In this document: positions 11,001-20,789 of the stretch, one piece after another
How positions within the stretch are numbered: the first letter of the stretch is position 1
Layout: each line of letters starts with the position of its first letter
Origin: a virus
Virus record (IMG/VR): IMGVR_UViG_3300023174_003433
Span: 53,728 to 117,727 of that record
Strand: one strand, 5' to 3'
DNA: 64,000 bases
The notes under the pieces: model-generated
What the model was told of the DNA's origin: nothing
Seen by the model: the letters and a program-made list of their open reading frames with translations, nothing else
The model's database searches: none
Program-made: the position numbers and the translations under genes

Positions 11001-11313
11001 AATCTGCATTTGTAATTGTTCCGTCAGCAAAATCTTCAGCAGAAATTGTTGTTGAACCTACAGTAGTGTTTAATTTTAGATAATATACATTTTGGTTTAC
11101 TGTGACTTTACCACCAGAGATTGGTGTGTTTTGAGCAAAAATAGCATCAGCAAAACTAGTAATTTGATTTTGAAGAATAGTTTGTGATTGAGTTAATTCA
11201 CGAGCTTGTACGGCAAATCCAGGTTTAAATAATATTCTGTGATAATTTTTAGCCGCATCAAAATTATCATAATAAGGATCTACGTTAAAGTCGCCGGTAA
11301 AATTGGTTGCCAT
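5029..11313 (-). CDS. Large virion structural protein (DUF4815/VrlC-like)
   Basis: FNVDPYYDNFD...YHRILFKPGFAVQARELTQSQTILQNQI N-terminus, RFKNGILVDDF, DPVAQTF, C-terminal P...DIRAIAL. Confidence 0.85.
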   Translation of the reverse strand: MATNFTGDFNVDPYYDNFDAAKNYHRILFKPGFAVQARELTQSQTILQNQITSFADAIFAQNTPISGGKVTVNQNVYYLKLNTTVGSTTISAEDFADGTITNADSSVVAKVVYAAEATTTSSGAAGDSPTLIVSYITGSRFVSGDTIYLVDSNYTATLITETVTNFATGLSSVASISDGIFYVKGNFVTVSETTIPLEKYSSTPSLRVGLNATESIYNYTDDSSLLDPALNASNYQAPGADRYKITLSLETRPLDLGNDNDFIELVRLENGSILKQVNETVYSTIDDYIAKRTSDTNGDFIVKDYTLTPKANTINSAKYNLGISKGISYVRGYRLETQSDVTLTNDRARTTSAANNNPTYIDYGNYFYVNSANGVFDVSTLPAVDFHSVVKANVNTANVTTYNSTLAGTGYIRNLIFSSTSNTSNGDAYIYKAYVFGLQNQALSANASASSANNTFITIPSTAQFSANANAYYNVTISIDRGTSAGDFRTITSYVPGGATRVAFVDRPFTVAPDTTSVFTLRFDVTDYESIIVDTPGTPYTITANAAIDNSSKVGNISTGDTVLQNQNNPELLFNLGNRYVSTVTDTSYNTVQVFRNVAFTVSGANISAALTFGAAPVATLSFPFGNGALSADSVTQNFQIIVTNPQSSGLRAGQCLPWTTGSRTVTISGSGSTATFTTPTSDLGAFTATIIAKAYVRNGNDTSYVLKAKNLKTANTANVNYTGTTVATFTKVDLTNGQVYVQNSGLVSAGQPQKLYITDVKRIRKIIDTGAPATVPTDAMLTNPSFDVTNRFLFDNGQRDSYYDFATLTLKIGQTPIQGNMLVLLDYYETTGGDGYYSVGSYLSPVSSLPENYAEIPSYTSTSGTTYQLRDALDFRPALINAQANFTIRTSGSGSGAAGAYMPVDLSTFVSDYSNYLGRYDKLVLSKDRAFEIIQGTPSDNPLLPAEPDGALVVANLFHDPYTAYIPSEVTTGILPNLSVEKVKHKRWLMSDITGLESRVNNLEYYTALNLLEKNAAALQIPDTNGLNRFKNGILVDDFSGYSTSDTNNNDYLITVNRRTKQMTASQNVSNFPLQSLSLVYNMGQIDSTSANNLNYKISKSGSSNFYTLPYTTSNVVTQPIASRTVNLNPFAVALKEGITTLSPPMDNWVDTQKSPDLLIVDPNLQVYRASDQVNVLQVGDWKTTVATTTVATIGSGRNWFTNRVTNYIQEQQQTILGNYDKLNSSYVETSGYVQDVSILPYIRQQFVFFNSYGMLINTSVNAYFDNVQVNKYIRKPNVLELTNVSGEFQDGDIIGYFAGGNFTPIAKVLSYYSYSGTTNVRLYVIGDIVNANFNTGASVRNAQFNTSGQYQTTTASGVISTYTHLGGLITNANTTTTLTLSPLASNTTNFYAGNTLYVINGTGVGQSANITSYNGTTKLATLGSSITAANGDIYSIGSLKTNEVGMVSGVFSIPGGTFNTGERTFRIDNSINNNLDSATTYSKATFFASGLQATKQGLNYASSIDAAKNTFVSTATRENTSSYTYTVVWDPVAQTFIVDKENYPNGVFIDSVKLFFATKPTTGFAPVTLSIVGTTNGYPNGETLDNSQVTLTSEHINEPTAEPHYLDPTTYTLFKFPAPVYLESNKLYAFIVRCPTSNEYSIYTAQLGDTAIASSTKNLPTDTTPTTVTKINSAPYVGSLFVSQNLQTWTADQNEAMMFVMNRCVFSKTVTPTLQFVVPNRLPYRKVVEDDINYYLNPNTTSNKIVTSANTNVPIHALNISTTDFLPGDTTLNYTYSATLNSSFTAAATTGITPGKFGTPTYDDIYLNDGYGERVLVADSNTSFSLYAVMSTADDAVSPMISDDGLSVYTIRWNINNLGISNSMISVANTGGGYNANTLLVTVTAANGFGSGAVAVANVSAQGNITSIFITSGGSGYATTPTITLSESTGNTRLTGNANAIITIAGETSKSGGNGLAKYITKKVVLDQGFDSGDLRVYFTAYRPVNTNIYVYYKILSRTDTQLFDDGNWQLMTLINSGDSKFSENRNNLYEYVAAPGSGGTAQNYVSYASTVNGQTYNRFSQFAIKVVLATSDKTAVPFLTDIRAIALPAIG

Positions 11314-11328
11314 TTTTTCTTTCCAAAA

Positions 11329-12729
11329 TTAAAATCTTAACACTAAACGGAATTGTTCTGTGCCATCAGGACTTCTTTGAATTGCCGTTCTATTTTCTAT
11401 ATATGTCATGTATCCAGAGTATAAAATAAATTCTGAATCGGATGTGGCCAATAACGTCCTAACAGCTACGTTTACAGCACCACTCGCATCTTGAATAAGA
11501 GCATCGTTTATAGTTGGTGTTCCATTTGTATTTATGACACTCAAAAGATTGTTTGTGGCATCAAAACTAACAACTTGAGCTGTAAATGTTGCTGAGGTTA
11601 AACTTGGTCCTTGATAAATTGTTTGACCACTAACAAATAAACCTGTTCCAGGAGAAACAGTAAACTGTTTTGTGGTGTTAAAAATATCTTCAAAAGTATA
11701 AGCAGGTGTACTTTGTTGTGATGATGGATCCAATATTAAACCTATTTGATAATAGGTAATGTCTGTTGGAATAGTTCCGTTCTCATCTTCAATAAATTCT
11801 ACAGTTATCATCACATTGTTACAGCCTAAGTCCGAAATTGGATCAAGTCCGTGGCCACCAACAGGAGAAACAGGAGTTATTGCAACGGCCGTTACGTTTG
11901 CTGCCGGATAACCTGCAGCTGGCGTTATAACTGTGTTTGCGTAAGTATAACCTGAACCAACACTTGTCATTATCATATCAGTCAAATAACCTGCTGCATT
12001 AATAACTGGAGAACCGTTTGCACCAGTTCCATCGCCAGTTATAACAACATCTACTCCACCAGATTGATATCCTTGGCCAACTGTTGTAATGTTAATCACA
12101 TCTATTTGTCCTTCAGCTACAGAATTTAATGTAGGATTAGGTACATTAAATCCTACCGGAACAGGCATCCAATTTTCATCCAAAAATTTTTGTTTTATAC
12201 CAGCGTCAATTGAATATATGAATTTCCATTTGTATCCATCAGCTGTTTGTACCAAAAAAGTTGAATCAAACGTTCCTGGAGATAGTTGAGGTTCAACAGT
12301 TGATGCTGCACCTCGATTATTCCATAGACAAATAAACACTTGGTCATATCTATTTTTAATATAGAAATTTTTAGAGACCAAATTATTTGCATCTACAGCA
12401 AACATATTTACTCTGTCATCATAATAGTCATAAACTGTACCTGTAGCCCAATTCCTTCTTGGTACAACAGGTGCAATATCTGAAGATATTATTTTTTTCA
12501 CAGCAATAATGTTTTTAAATGTGTCTTTAATTGCAATTTGACTTTGTTCTGGTGCCGGAGGATTAAAAGGATCAGGCCAAGGAGTTACTCTACCGATAAA
12601 AGCATATAAACTATTAGGCACATCAACAAATTCTGAAGCAGTTGATGAAGGTGCAAAATAGTATTGTAATACCTCATACAACTTACTAGAGTATGTTAGT
12701 AGTGACGAATTGGCGGTTAAAACTGGCAT
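11329..12729 (-). CDS. gp8: Baseplate wedge subunit gp8
   Basis: Y.FIGR..PW, VVPRRNW..GTVYDYY, DGYKWKFIYSI, GGHG.DP...LG, YIENR..I.RS....EQFRLVLRF. Confidence 0.9.
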   Translation of the reverse strand: MPVLTANSSLLTYSSKLYEVLQYYFAPSSTASEFVDVPNSLYAFIGRVTPWPDPFNPPAPEQSQIAIKDTFKNIIAVKKIISSDIAPVVPRRNWATGTVYDYYDDRVNMFAVDANNLVSKNFYIKNRYDQVFICLWNNRGAASTVEPQLSPGTFDSTFLVQTADGYKWKFIYSIDAGIKQKFLDENWMPVPVGFNVPNPTLNSVAEGQIDVINITTVGQGYQSGGVDVVITGDGTGANGSPVINAAGYLTDMIMTSVGSGYTYANTVITPAAGYPAANVTAVAITPVSPVGGHGLDPISDLGCNNVMITVEFIEDENGTIPTDITYYQIGLILDPSSQQSTPAYTFEDIFNTTKQFTVSPGTGLFVSGQTIYQGPSLTSATFTAQVVSFDATNNLLSVINTNGTPTINDALIQDASGAVNVAVRTLLATSDSEFILYSGYMTYIENRTAIQRSPDGTEQFRLVLRF

Positions 12730-12744
12730 TATATGATCCTATTA

Positions 12745-14199
12745 TTATTTTGTAATAGCCACAAAAGTATTTGCTAATGTTCCATCCATACACCAGTATC
12801 TTGCAAAAATAGTTGATGTTCCTGGAATTGCGTATGTGGTCGAACTAACTGTTGAATTAATTGCAGAACATCCGTGAGTGAATGTTTGATTGGTGCCAGT
12901 AGTATTAGTAACCCAAGCTTCAACTGTTTTACCTACAACAAAACTTGAGAGTGTTACAACCAAATTGGCTGAAGTCTGAGCCCGAACAACCGAGTCGTCT
13001 GCAAAGTTTATGGTAATTGCCGTCTGAGCATTTGGATATATGTTTGGTGTATAAATGAATCCTTTTCTTGGTGACACAGTATTAGTAATTGTTACGTTGC
13101 CAGTTACGGTTAAATCACCAGCAAATGTTCCTGTTGTATTGGCTAAAGCATTATTGGCTTTAACAAAAGCATTATTAGCAGTATTATAAGCACTTTGCAT
13201 CTTACCATCTGTCGATGAAATTGCCGTGTTTTGAGAAAGGTCAACATTTTCAATAACAGTTAATCTGGTGTTTTGAGTGACATCCGTACCTTCAATTACA
13301 GTAAGTCTGGTATTTTGTGTAGTATCAGTACCTTCTATGATGATCATTCTATTATTTTGGCTAAAATTAGCACCTTCAATTGCACTTATTCTGTTATTTT
13401 GTGTACTATCTACTCCCTCAATAATCAATGTACGTGCATTTTGTGCTACGTCAGTACCTTCAATAATAGTCAATCTGGTGTTTTGAGTAACATCTACACC
13501 TTGAGTTATAAATGTATTTGCAGACGATGTATTGGCCACATTAAATGCGGCTTGAGATAAAACGGAAGTGTTATTGGCTAATGTAAAGGCGGCCTGAGAA
13601 TAATTTACTGGACTAGCGGCAACAGATTGTATAGAACCGTCACCAAATTTAATATTATAATTGGCAGACAATTGTAAATCAGTTTTGGTCATACGAGCTA
13701 CAATATTATTAGTAACTGTGCCGCCAACAATATAAACAATGTTTGCAAAAGAAGATGCGGTACCAATAACTAAATTACCCGAAGCACTTAATGCTGACGG
13801 ACCATAAGAATACAAATAACCATCATATGGCCTCATTGCAGTATAAATTGAGTTATTAAATGTTGACCCATTAATACCCATATTAATATACTTGTTTGAA
13901 TTGTTTGAATCACTTGTTGTTGCTATATAGTCAGAAGAACCATTGGAATTAAAGTTCTGATTATTGATTTGCAAACGAGTATTAGAATTACCTGAAAATT
14001 GGCCAATAGTATTTGAAAATAAAATTCGATTGTTGCCAACTTTTAATGGTTGAAAGGCGTAGAGTCCTTCACCCAAAGTAATTAAATTTGCTTTTCCTGT
14101 AGTTCCAGTAGTGAGATCCACACCAACAAATAGAGTTGCCCCTGTATTGGTACTGAAATTACTTATTTCTGGTAGTTGTGATATTTTTACTGTTGGCAT
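12745..14199 (-). CDS. Tail-fibre-like virion protein sharing the 14-aa heptad repeat with the 1..2847 gene
   Basis: MPTVKISQLP start; IIEGTDVTQNTR-type repeats at ~13230-13510. Confidence 0.7.
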   Translation of the reverse strand: MPTVKISQLPEISNFSTNTGATLFVGVDLTTGTTGKANLITLGEGLYAFQPLKVGNNRILFSNTIGQFSGNSNTRLQINNQNFNSNGSSDYIATTSDSNNSNKYINMGINGSTFNNSIYTAMRPYDGYLYSYGPSALSASGNLVIGTASSFANIVYIVGGTVTNNIVARMTKTDLQLSANYNIKFGDGSIQSVAASPVNYSQAAFTLANNTSVLSQAAFNVANTSSANTFITQGVDVTQNTRLTIIEGTDVAQNARTLIIEGVDSTQNNRISAIEGANFSQNNRMIIIEGTDTTQNTRLTVIEGTDVTQNTRLTVIENVDLSQNTAISSTDGKMQSAYNTANNAFVKANNALANTTGTFAGDLTVTGNVTITNTVSPRKGFIYTPNIYPNAQTAITINFADDSVVRAQTSANLVVTLSSFVVGKTVEAWVTNTTGTNQTFTHGCSAINSTVSSTTYAIPGTSTIFARYWCMDGTLANTFVAITK

Positions 14200-14202
14200 T
14201 TT

Positions 14203-17115
14203 TTACCCTATTAATATAAAGAGACCACTCTCGGTTAAGAGTGAGTATCCATCTTCCGTTATTAGTTCTGGAGTATTGTATAATCCTACATCTCCATAAA
14301 TTATTACTGACTGTGTATTAGCATTCTTATTAACAGTAATTCTTGTATTTGCTATAGGTCCTAAAGAACTATTATTTATTGAGAAGTTACCATTAGCAAA
14401 TCTCTTAGTAATCGTATAGAACGTTCCGCCATTATTTAAAGAAATTGTGTCACCAACAAAGAATATACTGTTGGAATTTGCTAATTCTCTAAAATTACCA
14501 TCATATTGTCCAGTCAAGGTGTTTATATTTATGACGTTTGAAGATGAACCTATAGAGGCAAAAGCAACATTTGCAAAAGTTAAAAATACATTATCTTGCA
14601 TATAAATCTGATTATTTGACCAATCCACATTAGTAATGGTAGAGTATGCTCGAATATTATTGGTGGCTGTGAATTCTATAAAATCATTAGCGAATATGGT
14701 ATTTCCTATATTGCCGGCAATAACATTGGTCAATTTAATAATATTGTTACTAATTGTTGATGATGTGGCCACAACGGATAGAGTGGCATAGGCGGCCGTA
14801 CCAGCAAGATAGGACAATGGATAACCATTCTGAAACGCATTATCTGAAGTAAAGATAAATGAATTTACTGCTTTTAATAAATTGCGACCAATTAACCTTG
14901 TTCCTGATGGATGAACTAAATTTAATACCAGTTCTTTGTATTTTGCCAAAGCTTGTGTGGTGGAAAGAACATATGTGTATTTGTTGTAGTTTTTACTCTC
15001 TAAAACTCTACCTAAAGAAGAAATCCAACCATCATCATTTAGATATTTTCCTTCACCTAAAACCACACCACCCAAGAAAGATGCTGTTGCTTTTGCTGTA
15101 CCATCACCATATCGTTTAATTGATGTTGGATTTCCAAATTGATCAACATAAGAAGTAACAGATGGCATGATTAAGGTGTATGTATTTGCATTAACATCTT
15201 TATCAATTTTTAATGGCAGTGTTGAATTATAGTCACCCACATAATTATAAGTTCTAATTTGATACACATCATTTGCTGTGTTTGGTGGTGCGGCTGTACT
15301 TAATTTTAATGTAGAATCGACATAAGCATAATAATTAGTATTTGCTGTGGTACCTTGATAAATTAAATCACCAGATGTGATTGGATATAAAAGAGAAACA
15401 TTAGAAACAGCAACATCGGCAACTCTTAATGATAAGTTTGGTGTAGAAACATAATCTTCACCTCCATTAATAATATTAATTGTTTGTATTGAACCAATAG
15501 AATCTGTAGTTGGAGAAAAAGTTGCACCAGCACCCATAATACCAGGTATTATTAAAGACGCATTTGAACCTGAAAGAGAATATACATTTACTGTGGGTAA
15601 ATAATTTGAATCATATCCAAGTCCACCTAAAGGATATGCACTATTTGCGGTGTCTGTTGTTTCAAACCTGTAATTTGCGGAGATAATTGAACCTGCAGCA
15701 TTTACTCTAATGTTTGCATATGCTCCAAATCCTGTACCACCAAGAATCGTAATTGTGTTTGAATTGCCATAATTAACACCGCCGTTTAAGATCCGAATTG
15801 GTTGTAATATACCAAGAACGCTAAAATCGTCTGTGCCAAAATCCGTTGTATAGTTTGACTGCGCAATAATTGTCGGTGCAGTAGAATAATTTTTTCCTGA
15901 ATTGGTAATTTGTACTGAACCAATTGGTGCCACCACAAAAGTTTTAAAGGTTAATGTATTCGATAAAGTTGTATTTGTATTTCCTAAAGCAATAACTCCA
16001 CCGCCAAATGTATATGTTACAGGATGAGTTGTATTTCCTAATAAAACATTAGCAACTGCACCTAATGTATTACTTGTTACTAATGTAAGGTTTGCAAATT
16101 TACTTTCATCTAACAATGATATTTGTGCTGCAGCATTACTACCTCCACCACCAGTAATTGATATTAGAGTATTTGGCGGTAATCTATAACCATGAGAAGG
16201 ATTAACAACAACTAATGTTGCCAGACTACCAAGATTTGTGTCACCAACTTCTGCAGAAAGACCTATTGGATTTGCTTTATTTGGATCTAAACCTCCATAA
16301 GCAACAATTGGATCACCAGTACTATAGAATAAACCTTTATAATTGGGGTTGAGTGCAATTGCTGAAACTGTGCCAACAATTTTTTCAGTTAATGTTACCG
16401 CACCTGCAGGTATTTCATAACCTTGGTTTTGTACATAAATTTCATTGTTATAAAAATAAACTTCTAAATTATTATTATCAACAACTGTAATATTTTCTCC
16501 AGCTGTAAATTGTCTTTGTATATTTGAAATGTATAATTCTATTCGTTCACCAGCAATTTTAACGTAATCAATTACAGCATACGATTTACTAGTTTCACCA
16601 AAAATTTTAAAACCTTCGGTTAAAAGCCAGTTCAAATCTGCAGATTCAATTCTTAAATATTTTGGTATAATCCATTTACCATCAGATGATCTTAACACGG
16701 CATCATTGGTATTAAAAAGTTCTAGATTTGCATTATATAAAACTTTAAACAAGAATTTATAAGAATTTTCGGTACCTTTTGCTTGATAAAACTGTTTTGA
16801 TATTTTTAATAATTTTCTTTTGTCTGTGGATATTTCAACAGGAATATATGGAAGAAAATCATTAAGAAAATATTGAACAAATTCATCAAGTGTTTCATCA
16901 ACATCAACATAATTTAAAATATTTTTTGAGCCATAGGTTATGCCTTGGCTAGTGGTACTAACAATGGTACTATTGGCATTGGCCGTATATTGAGTTTCTA
17001 ACCACTCATAGTATGCCTCTAAGAAAAGTACAAAATTTTGATAATTGCTATCGTCCCGAACAAATTCGGGAAGTTGTTGAGCAATTTGTACTGAAGTTTT
17101 TTTACTTAAAGACAT
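14203..17115 (-). CDS. gp7: Baseplate wedge initiator gp7-like protein
   Basis: QLPEFVR...F..FLEAYYEWLE, FY.AKGTE.SYKFLF..LY, LVHPSG; position between gp6 and gp8. Confidence 0.75.
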   Translation of the reverse strand: MSLSKKTSVQIAQQLPEFVRDDSNYQNFVLFLEAYYEWLETQYTANANSTIVSTTSQGITYGSKNILNYVDVDETLDEFVQYFLNDFLPYIPVEISTDKRKLLKISKQFYQAKGTENSYKFLFKVLYNANLELFNTNDAVLRSSDGKWIIPKYLRIESADLNWLLTEGFKIFGETSKSYAVIDYVKIAGERIELYISNIQRQFTAGENITVVDNNNLEVYFYNNEIYVQNQGYEIPAGAVTLTEKIVGTVSAIALNPNYKGLFYSTGDPIVAYGGLDPNKANPIGLSAEVGDTNLGSLATLVVVNPSHGYRLPPNTLISITGGGGSNAAAQISLLDESKFANLTLVTSNTLGAVANVLLGNTTHPVTYTFGGGVIALGNTNTTLSNTLTFKTFVVAPIGSVQITNSGKNYSTAPTIIAQSNYTTDFGTDDFSVLGILQPIRILNGGVNYGNSNTITILGGTGFGAYANIRVNAAGSIISANYRFETTDTANSAYPLGGLGYDSNYLPTVNVYSLSGSNASLIIPGIMGAGATFSPTTDSIGSIQTINIINGGEDYVSTPNLSLRVADVAVSNVSLLYPITSGDLIYQGTTANTNYYAYVDSTLKLSTAAPPNTANDVYQIRTYNYVGDYNSTLPLKIDKDVNANTYTLIMPSVTSYVDQFGNPTSIKRYGDGTAKATASFLGGVVLGEGKYLNDDGWISSLGRVLESKNYNKYTYVLSTTQALAKYKELVLNLVHPSGTRLIGRNLLKAVNSFIFTSDNAFQNGYPLSYLAGTAAYATLSVVATSSTISNNIIKLTNVIAGNIGNTIFANDFIEFTATNNIRAYSTITNVDWSNNQIYMQDNVFLTFANVAFASIGSSSNVININTLTGQYDGNFRELANSNSIFFVGDTISLNNGGTFYTITKRFANGNFSINNSSLGPIANTRITVNKNANTQSVIIYGDVGLYNTPELITEDGYSLLTESGLFILIG

Positions 17116-19181
17116 TATATTTTAGCAGCAATGTTTATATTAATTGAATCTGGATCAGTTGAATCAAGTGTGACAATCTTATCTCTACTAGAAGATATAA
17201 TTGTTGATACTGGTGTGGCTTGAATACTTAAAACACCGGTTGTATTGTTTATTTGAGTTGGATTAAAAGCAGTTAGTGTCACAATACCTGTACCATAATT
17301 AACAGTACCAGCAGTAGGATCTAAAACAGTTTTTACACCATTGTTATAATAATACGTCCTTAATGTGCCTATGTTTCCTGCTAATACAGCATATGCAGAG
17401 GCCAACGAACCTCCACCACCTGTAATTTGAACTAATGCTTGGGTGTAGTTTGAACCTGCATTTGTAATTTCAATACTAACAACTTGGCCATTAATAACTG
17501 TGGCGGTAGCAGTAGCACCAAAACCATCACCAACAATAGTAACTGTTGGTGTTGTTGTGTAATTAAAACCAGGATTTACAATTGAAATTGAATCAATTAT
17601 TGATGTAGATGATGGTGTTTCTTCCAAATAAACAACTTCTCTAATAATGTTATTGTTTTTAGAATCTCTATATTGGAATGTTGGATTTGCCGTAATACTT
17701 CCTGAATATATGTCTTTCTTTAAAGATGTATCAAAATTAAAATTATAAGTTGTTGAGTTTAATAAATCTGGAACAAATCGTTTTTGTAAAATAATTGATG
17801 CATCATTTGTAATAAATGAAGGACTTACCGATTGTACAGTAGTTATTAAAGAAGATAATTTGAATGTTGAATTGAATGTATTTAATGTACTAGATCCAAA
17901 TGACTGAATAGCACCCAACACTTGTGTTTCTAGTTGTGTTGCTGAATAGGCTGTTAATCTTGGTGTGTATAATATATTTGAAGTAATTTTTAAATAGGTA
18001 TAATCAACATCCACTATTCTTGGTACAACAGTTAATATACTAATAGGTTTAATAATTTCAGTTTCAACAATACGTTTTTGTGTTTCTGTCAATACATAAC
18101 CACCTCTCGGTTTAATGGCAACAAGAACGGTACCATATACGGGAGGATCATTTTCTTCTCCGCCCCATACGTTTACTGCTTCAATTGGAATTAAACCAGC
18201 ATTATTTTGAATTTGATAAATATAATCTTCTTTTGTTACTGCACGACCTTGTGCAGAATATGCTTTTGGTGCTGTGTAACGAATAGAATCGAGTGTTTCT
18301 TTATCTGATCCTTGAGTTGTTGATGTAATTGGTGTGATGACTGTATTTGAATAACCTGCAATCGTGTCCATTAAAACAAAGTTATTGGCACCATAAGATG
18401 CTGTACTACTTGTTGTGATGTATGAAACAATTACTTGATTGCCATCAGTCAATAATTTACCTAAAACACCATCACCAAAGTAAATTTGATAATTGCCATT
18501 AGGACCTTCTTGTAAGAAATATACAGCAGAAGTGGGATCTAATTCCAAATAAGCTTCGGCCAATGAGTATACTTCTGAATATGTATTTGAAGTGCTTTGT
18601 TGAACGACTACAGTTAGTGTTGAAGTATCAATTGTGGAATCTGGCATTTCAAAAGTCTTTGAAGGGTTTTGAGTTGCGTCATAATTAAATGTGAGATTAA
18701 CGGGCTCACCTTGTTTAATTGTCAGATTTGAGAATGTGGCTGTCTGATTAACTGTATTAGTATTTACAGTAGTGTCTGTTACTGTCACAAAACGATAGTT
18801 GATGCCATCAATTGCTTCCGAGATAAAATTGGTAAATTTTGGTAGTGTTACAGCCAAATCTGTAACTTGATTAATTTTTAAGTCAATCGTTGCAGATGGA
18901 GCCGATGCAGATGTGGGAGTATAATTCAACAACTTGGCTTGAGATACTACCGACTGACGTTGAATAGCTGAGTCCAAGAACATCTCATTAGCCACCATAT
19001 TCAAATAGTAAGCATTGTATTGAGTATTATAAGCAAGAATATCTAAAAGAGTAGAAAGTGCAGAACCTTCGTAGTTATAATCTTTTAGTGTATCTTGTGA
19101 CTGTAAATACCGTTTTAGATTGGTTTTAATTGTATTAAAATCTAAATCTGTTATCTGAATATTGGAATTAGCCCCTGCCAT
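17115..19181 (-). CDS. gp6: Baseplate wedge subunit gp6
   Basis: LDFNTIKTNLK.YL...DYNYEGSALS.LLDILAYNT.YN, QGRAVT.EDY, VWGGEENDPPVYG. Confidence 0.95.
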   Translation of the reverse strand: MAGANSNIQITDLDFNTIKTNLKRYLQSQDTLKDYNYEGSALSTLLDILAYNTQYNAYYLNMVANEMFLDSAIQRQSVVSQAKLLNYTPTSASAPSATIDLKINQVTDLAVTLPKFTNFISEAIDGINYRFVTVTDTTVNTNTVNQTATFSNLTIKQGEPVNLTFNYDATQNPSKTFEMPDSTIDTSTLTVVVQQSTSNTYSEVYSLAEAYLELDPTSAVYFLQEGPNGNYQIYFGDGVLGKLLTDGNQVIVSYITTSSTASYGANNFVLMDTIAGYSNTVITPITSTTQGSDKETLDSIRYTAPKAYSAQGRAVTKEDYIYQIQNNAGLIPIEAVNVWGGEENDPPVYGTVLVAIKPRGGYVLTETQKRIVETEIIKPISILTVVPRIVDVDYTYLKITSNILYTPRLTAYSATQLETQVLGAIQSFGSSTLNTFNSTFKLSSLITTVQSVSPSFITNDASIILQKRFVPDLLNSTTYNFNFDTSLKKDIYSGSITANPTFQYRDSKNNNIIREVVYLEETPSSTSIIDSISIVNPGFNYTTTPTVTIVGDGFGATATATVINGQVVSIEITNAGSNYTQALVQITGGGGSLASAYAVLAGNIGTLRTYYYNNGVKTVLDPTAGTVNYGTGIVTLTAFNPTQINNTTGVLSIQATPVSTIISSSRDKIVTLDSTDPDSININIAAKI

Positions 19182-19182
19182 T

Positions 19183-19575
19183 TTATCTATTTCTCTCTAA
19201 AAGGAGTGTTACTGTGGTTGGTAATGTAGCATTTTCTATATAAAATGTTATAGTAGCATTATATGCATTGTAGTCTGGTTGTGCAGATACTACGACACTA
19301 TCTACTCTGGCTCTTGGCTCATAGTTTTCTATGACGTTTTGAATTTCTCTTTCTAAACTGGTAGCCGTTAAAGGAGAAACCATTTCAAACAATAAAGCAT
19401 CAATATTTGAACCTAAATCTGGATTAAAAGGCCTTTCATAATGCCTAGTTAATAATAGATTGCGAACAGAACGAATTACTGCCTGAGTATCAAAACTCAA
19501 AGCAACATCACCTACTACCGGTTTTTTGGTAAATGTGAAGTCGATATCGGAGTATATTCTGGTTAAGCTTGCCAT
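19183..19575 (-). CDS. gp25: Baseplate wedge subunit gp25
   Basis: YSDID..F, AV.RSVRNL.LT...ERPFNP..GS, I.NYEPR. Confidence 0.95.
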   Translation of the reverse strand: MASLTRIYSDIDFTFTKKPVVGDVALSFDTQAVIRSVRNLLLTRHYERPFNPDLGSNIDALLFEMVSPLTATSLEREIQNVIENYEPRARVDSVVVSAQPDYNAYNATITFYIENATLPTTVTLLLERNR

Positions 19576-19579
19576 TCTT

Positions 19580-19587
19580 TATTTATA
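19580..19587 (-). promoter_or_regulatory. T4 late promoter TATAAATA abutting the gp25 start
   Basis: Exact consensus, 4 nt before the ATG. Confidence 0.75.
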
Positions 19588-19768
19588 TTGCTTCCCAGGT
19601 TTCTGAATCATCATCATTGATAGTTACTTTAGAAATGGGAGAATTACTAGTTTGTGAAAGATAAAATTGCCAAGCAACTTCTTTTGCTTTAATATTAGCT
19701 AATTCAATTGTTTCAGCATCTTCATATAGACCTATACTAGGATTTACAACTTTATAAATTATTCTCAT
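19583..19768 (-). CDS. Small hypothetical protein (start moved to MRIIYKVV)
   Basis: ATG at 19768 directly follows the adhesin stop. Confidence 0.6.
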   Translation of the reverse strand: MRIIYKVVNPSIGLYEDAETIELANIKAKEVAWQFYLSQTSNSPISKVTINDDDSETWEAI

Positions 19769-19769
19769 T

Positions 19770-20789
19770 TTAACTAATCGCTCCGTATGTTGTTCCCGAA
19801 CCACTTGTTGTTGCTGAATAACCATTTAATGCAATTGCTTTGCCGCCTGCGCCACCAGCAATTGATCCGGCAGATGCGGTGCCACCAGATGCACCCCAGC
19901 CACCGCCACCTCCACTACCATGGCTATTGGAGGGACTGGCTACTGAACCAGCATTACCTGCACTACCGCCGGCACCACCGGTACTAGGACCTCCGGGACC
20001 ACCTGCGCCGCCAGTTCCTGGTAATATTCGGCCTCCGCCGCCGCCGCAGCCACCAACAGCTGGATTTGGTGGACCAGTAGCAATCGTGCCGCCTGCACCG
20101 CCACCAGCACCGCCACCAGAACCGCCAATGTTACTTGATCCATACGTTTGGCCTCCATTACTTCCTGAAGAACCTATTGATCCTCCAGTTCCAAAAGGAC
20201 TTGTAAATCTGCCCAATCCTCCATCTCCGCCACCGGCACCGCCACCACCGCCAGCTAAATTACCGCCACCACCGCCGCCACCACCAGCTATAAATGCACC
20301 TGAACCATTTACTATAGTGACATTGATGCCTAAAGATATCGCCGGACCTCCTGAAGCACCAGCTGTTGTTCCAGAATTAGTGCCTCCTTTACCACCTTTT
20401 CCAATAATATATCCGTTATTGGTTAATGTTACACCATTAGGCCAAGAACCATCAATTGTTAAACCTGCTACACCAGTATTATCTGACCAAACATATACAC
20501 CAGCACCAATTGTGGCCGCAACAGCAGCTGTGCCGTCCCATCCAGCAGCCAATGCTAATGTTCGCAAATTTACTTCTTGTTGGTTAGATGAAATAGTAAA
20601 AGAAAACGAACTTGATTTACCATAACCATTAAACATACTTATTGGTCCACTAGCGACACCCAATAAAGTTCTTACAGAAGAATCAAACAAACTAAGTTGT
20701 GCTGTTTCACTAAGACTCAATTCTTTCGCTATTGATTGACCTGTAATAGAACCAATTAAACTAATTGGACCAGAAGAATTCAATGGCAT
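19770..20789 (-). CDS. Glycine-rich receptor-binding adhesin, T-even gp38-like
   Basis: Docking-type N-terminus MPLNSSGPISL...SIAKEL...ISMFNGYGKS, then NNGYIIGKGGKGG, GGPAI, IAGGGGGGGG polyglycine motifs; locally GC-rich. Confidence 0.75.
   Translation of the reverse strand: MPLNSSGPISLIGSITGQSIAKELSLSETAQLSLFDSSVRTLLGVASGPISMFNGYGKSSSFSFTISSNQQEVNLRTLALAAGWDGTAAVAATIGAGVYVWSDNTGVAGLTIDGSWPNGVTLTNNGYIIGKGGKGGTNSGTTAGASGGPAISLGINVTIVNGSGAFIAGGGGGGGGNLAGGGGGAGGGDGGLGRFTSPFGTGGSIGSSGSNGGQTYGSSNIGGSGGGAGGGAGGTIATGPPNPAVGGCGGGGGRILPGTGGAGGPGGPSTGGAGGSAGNAGSVASPSNSHGSGGGGGWGASGGTASAGSIAGGAGGKAIALNGYSATTSGSGTTYGAIS

Noticed and set aside
19840-20625. 261-aa proline-rich plus-strand ORF
   Set aside because: Reverse complement of Gly codons in the adhesin gene
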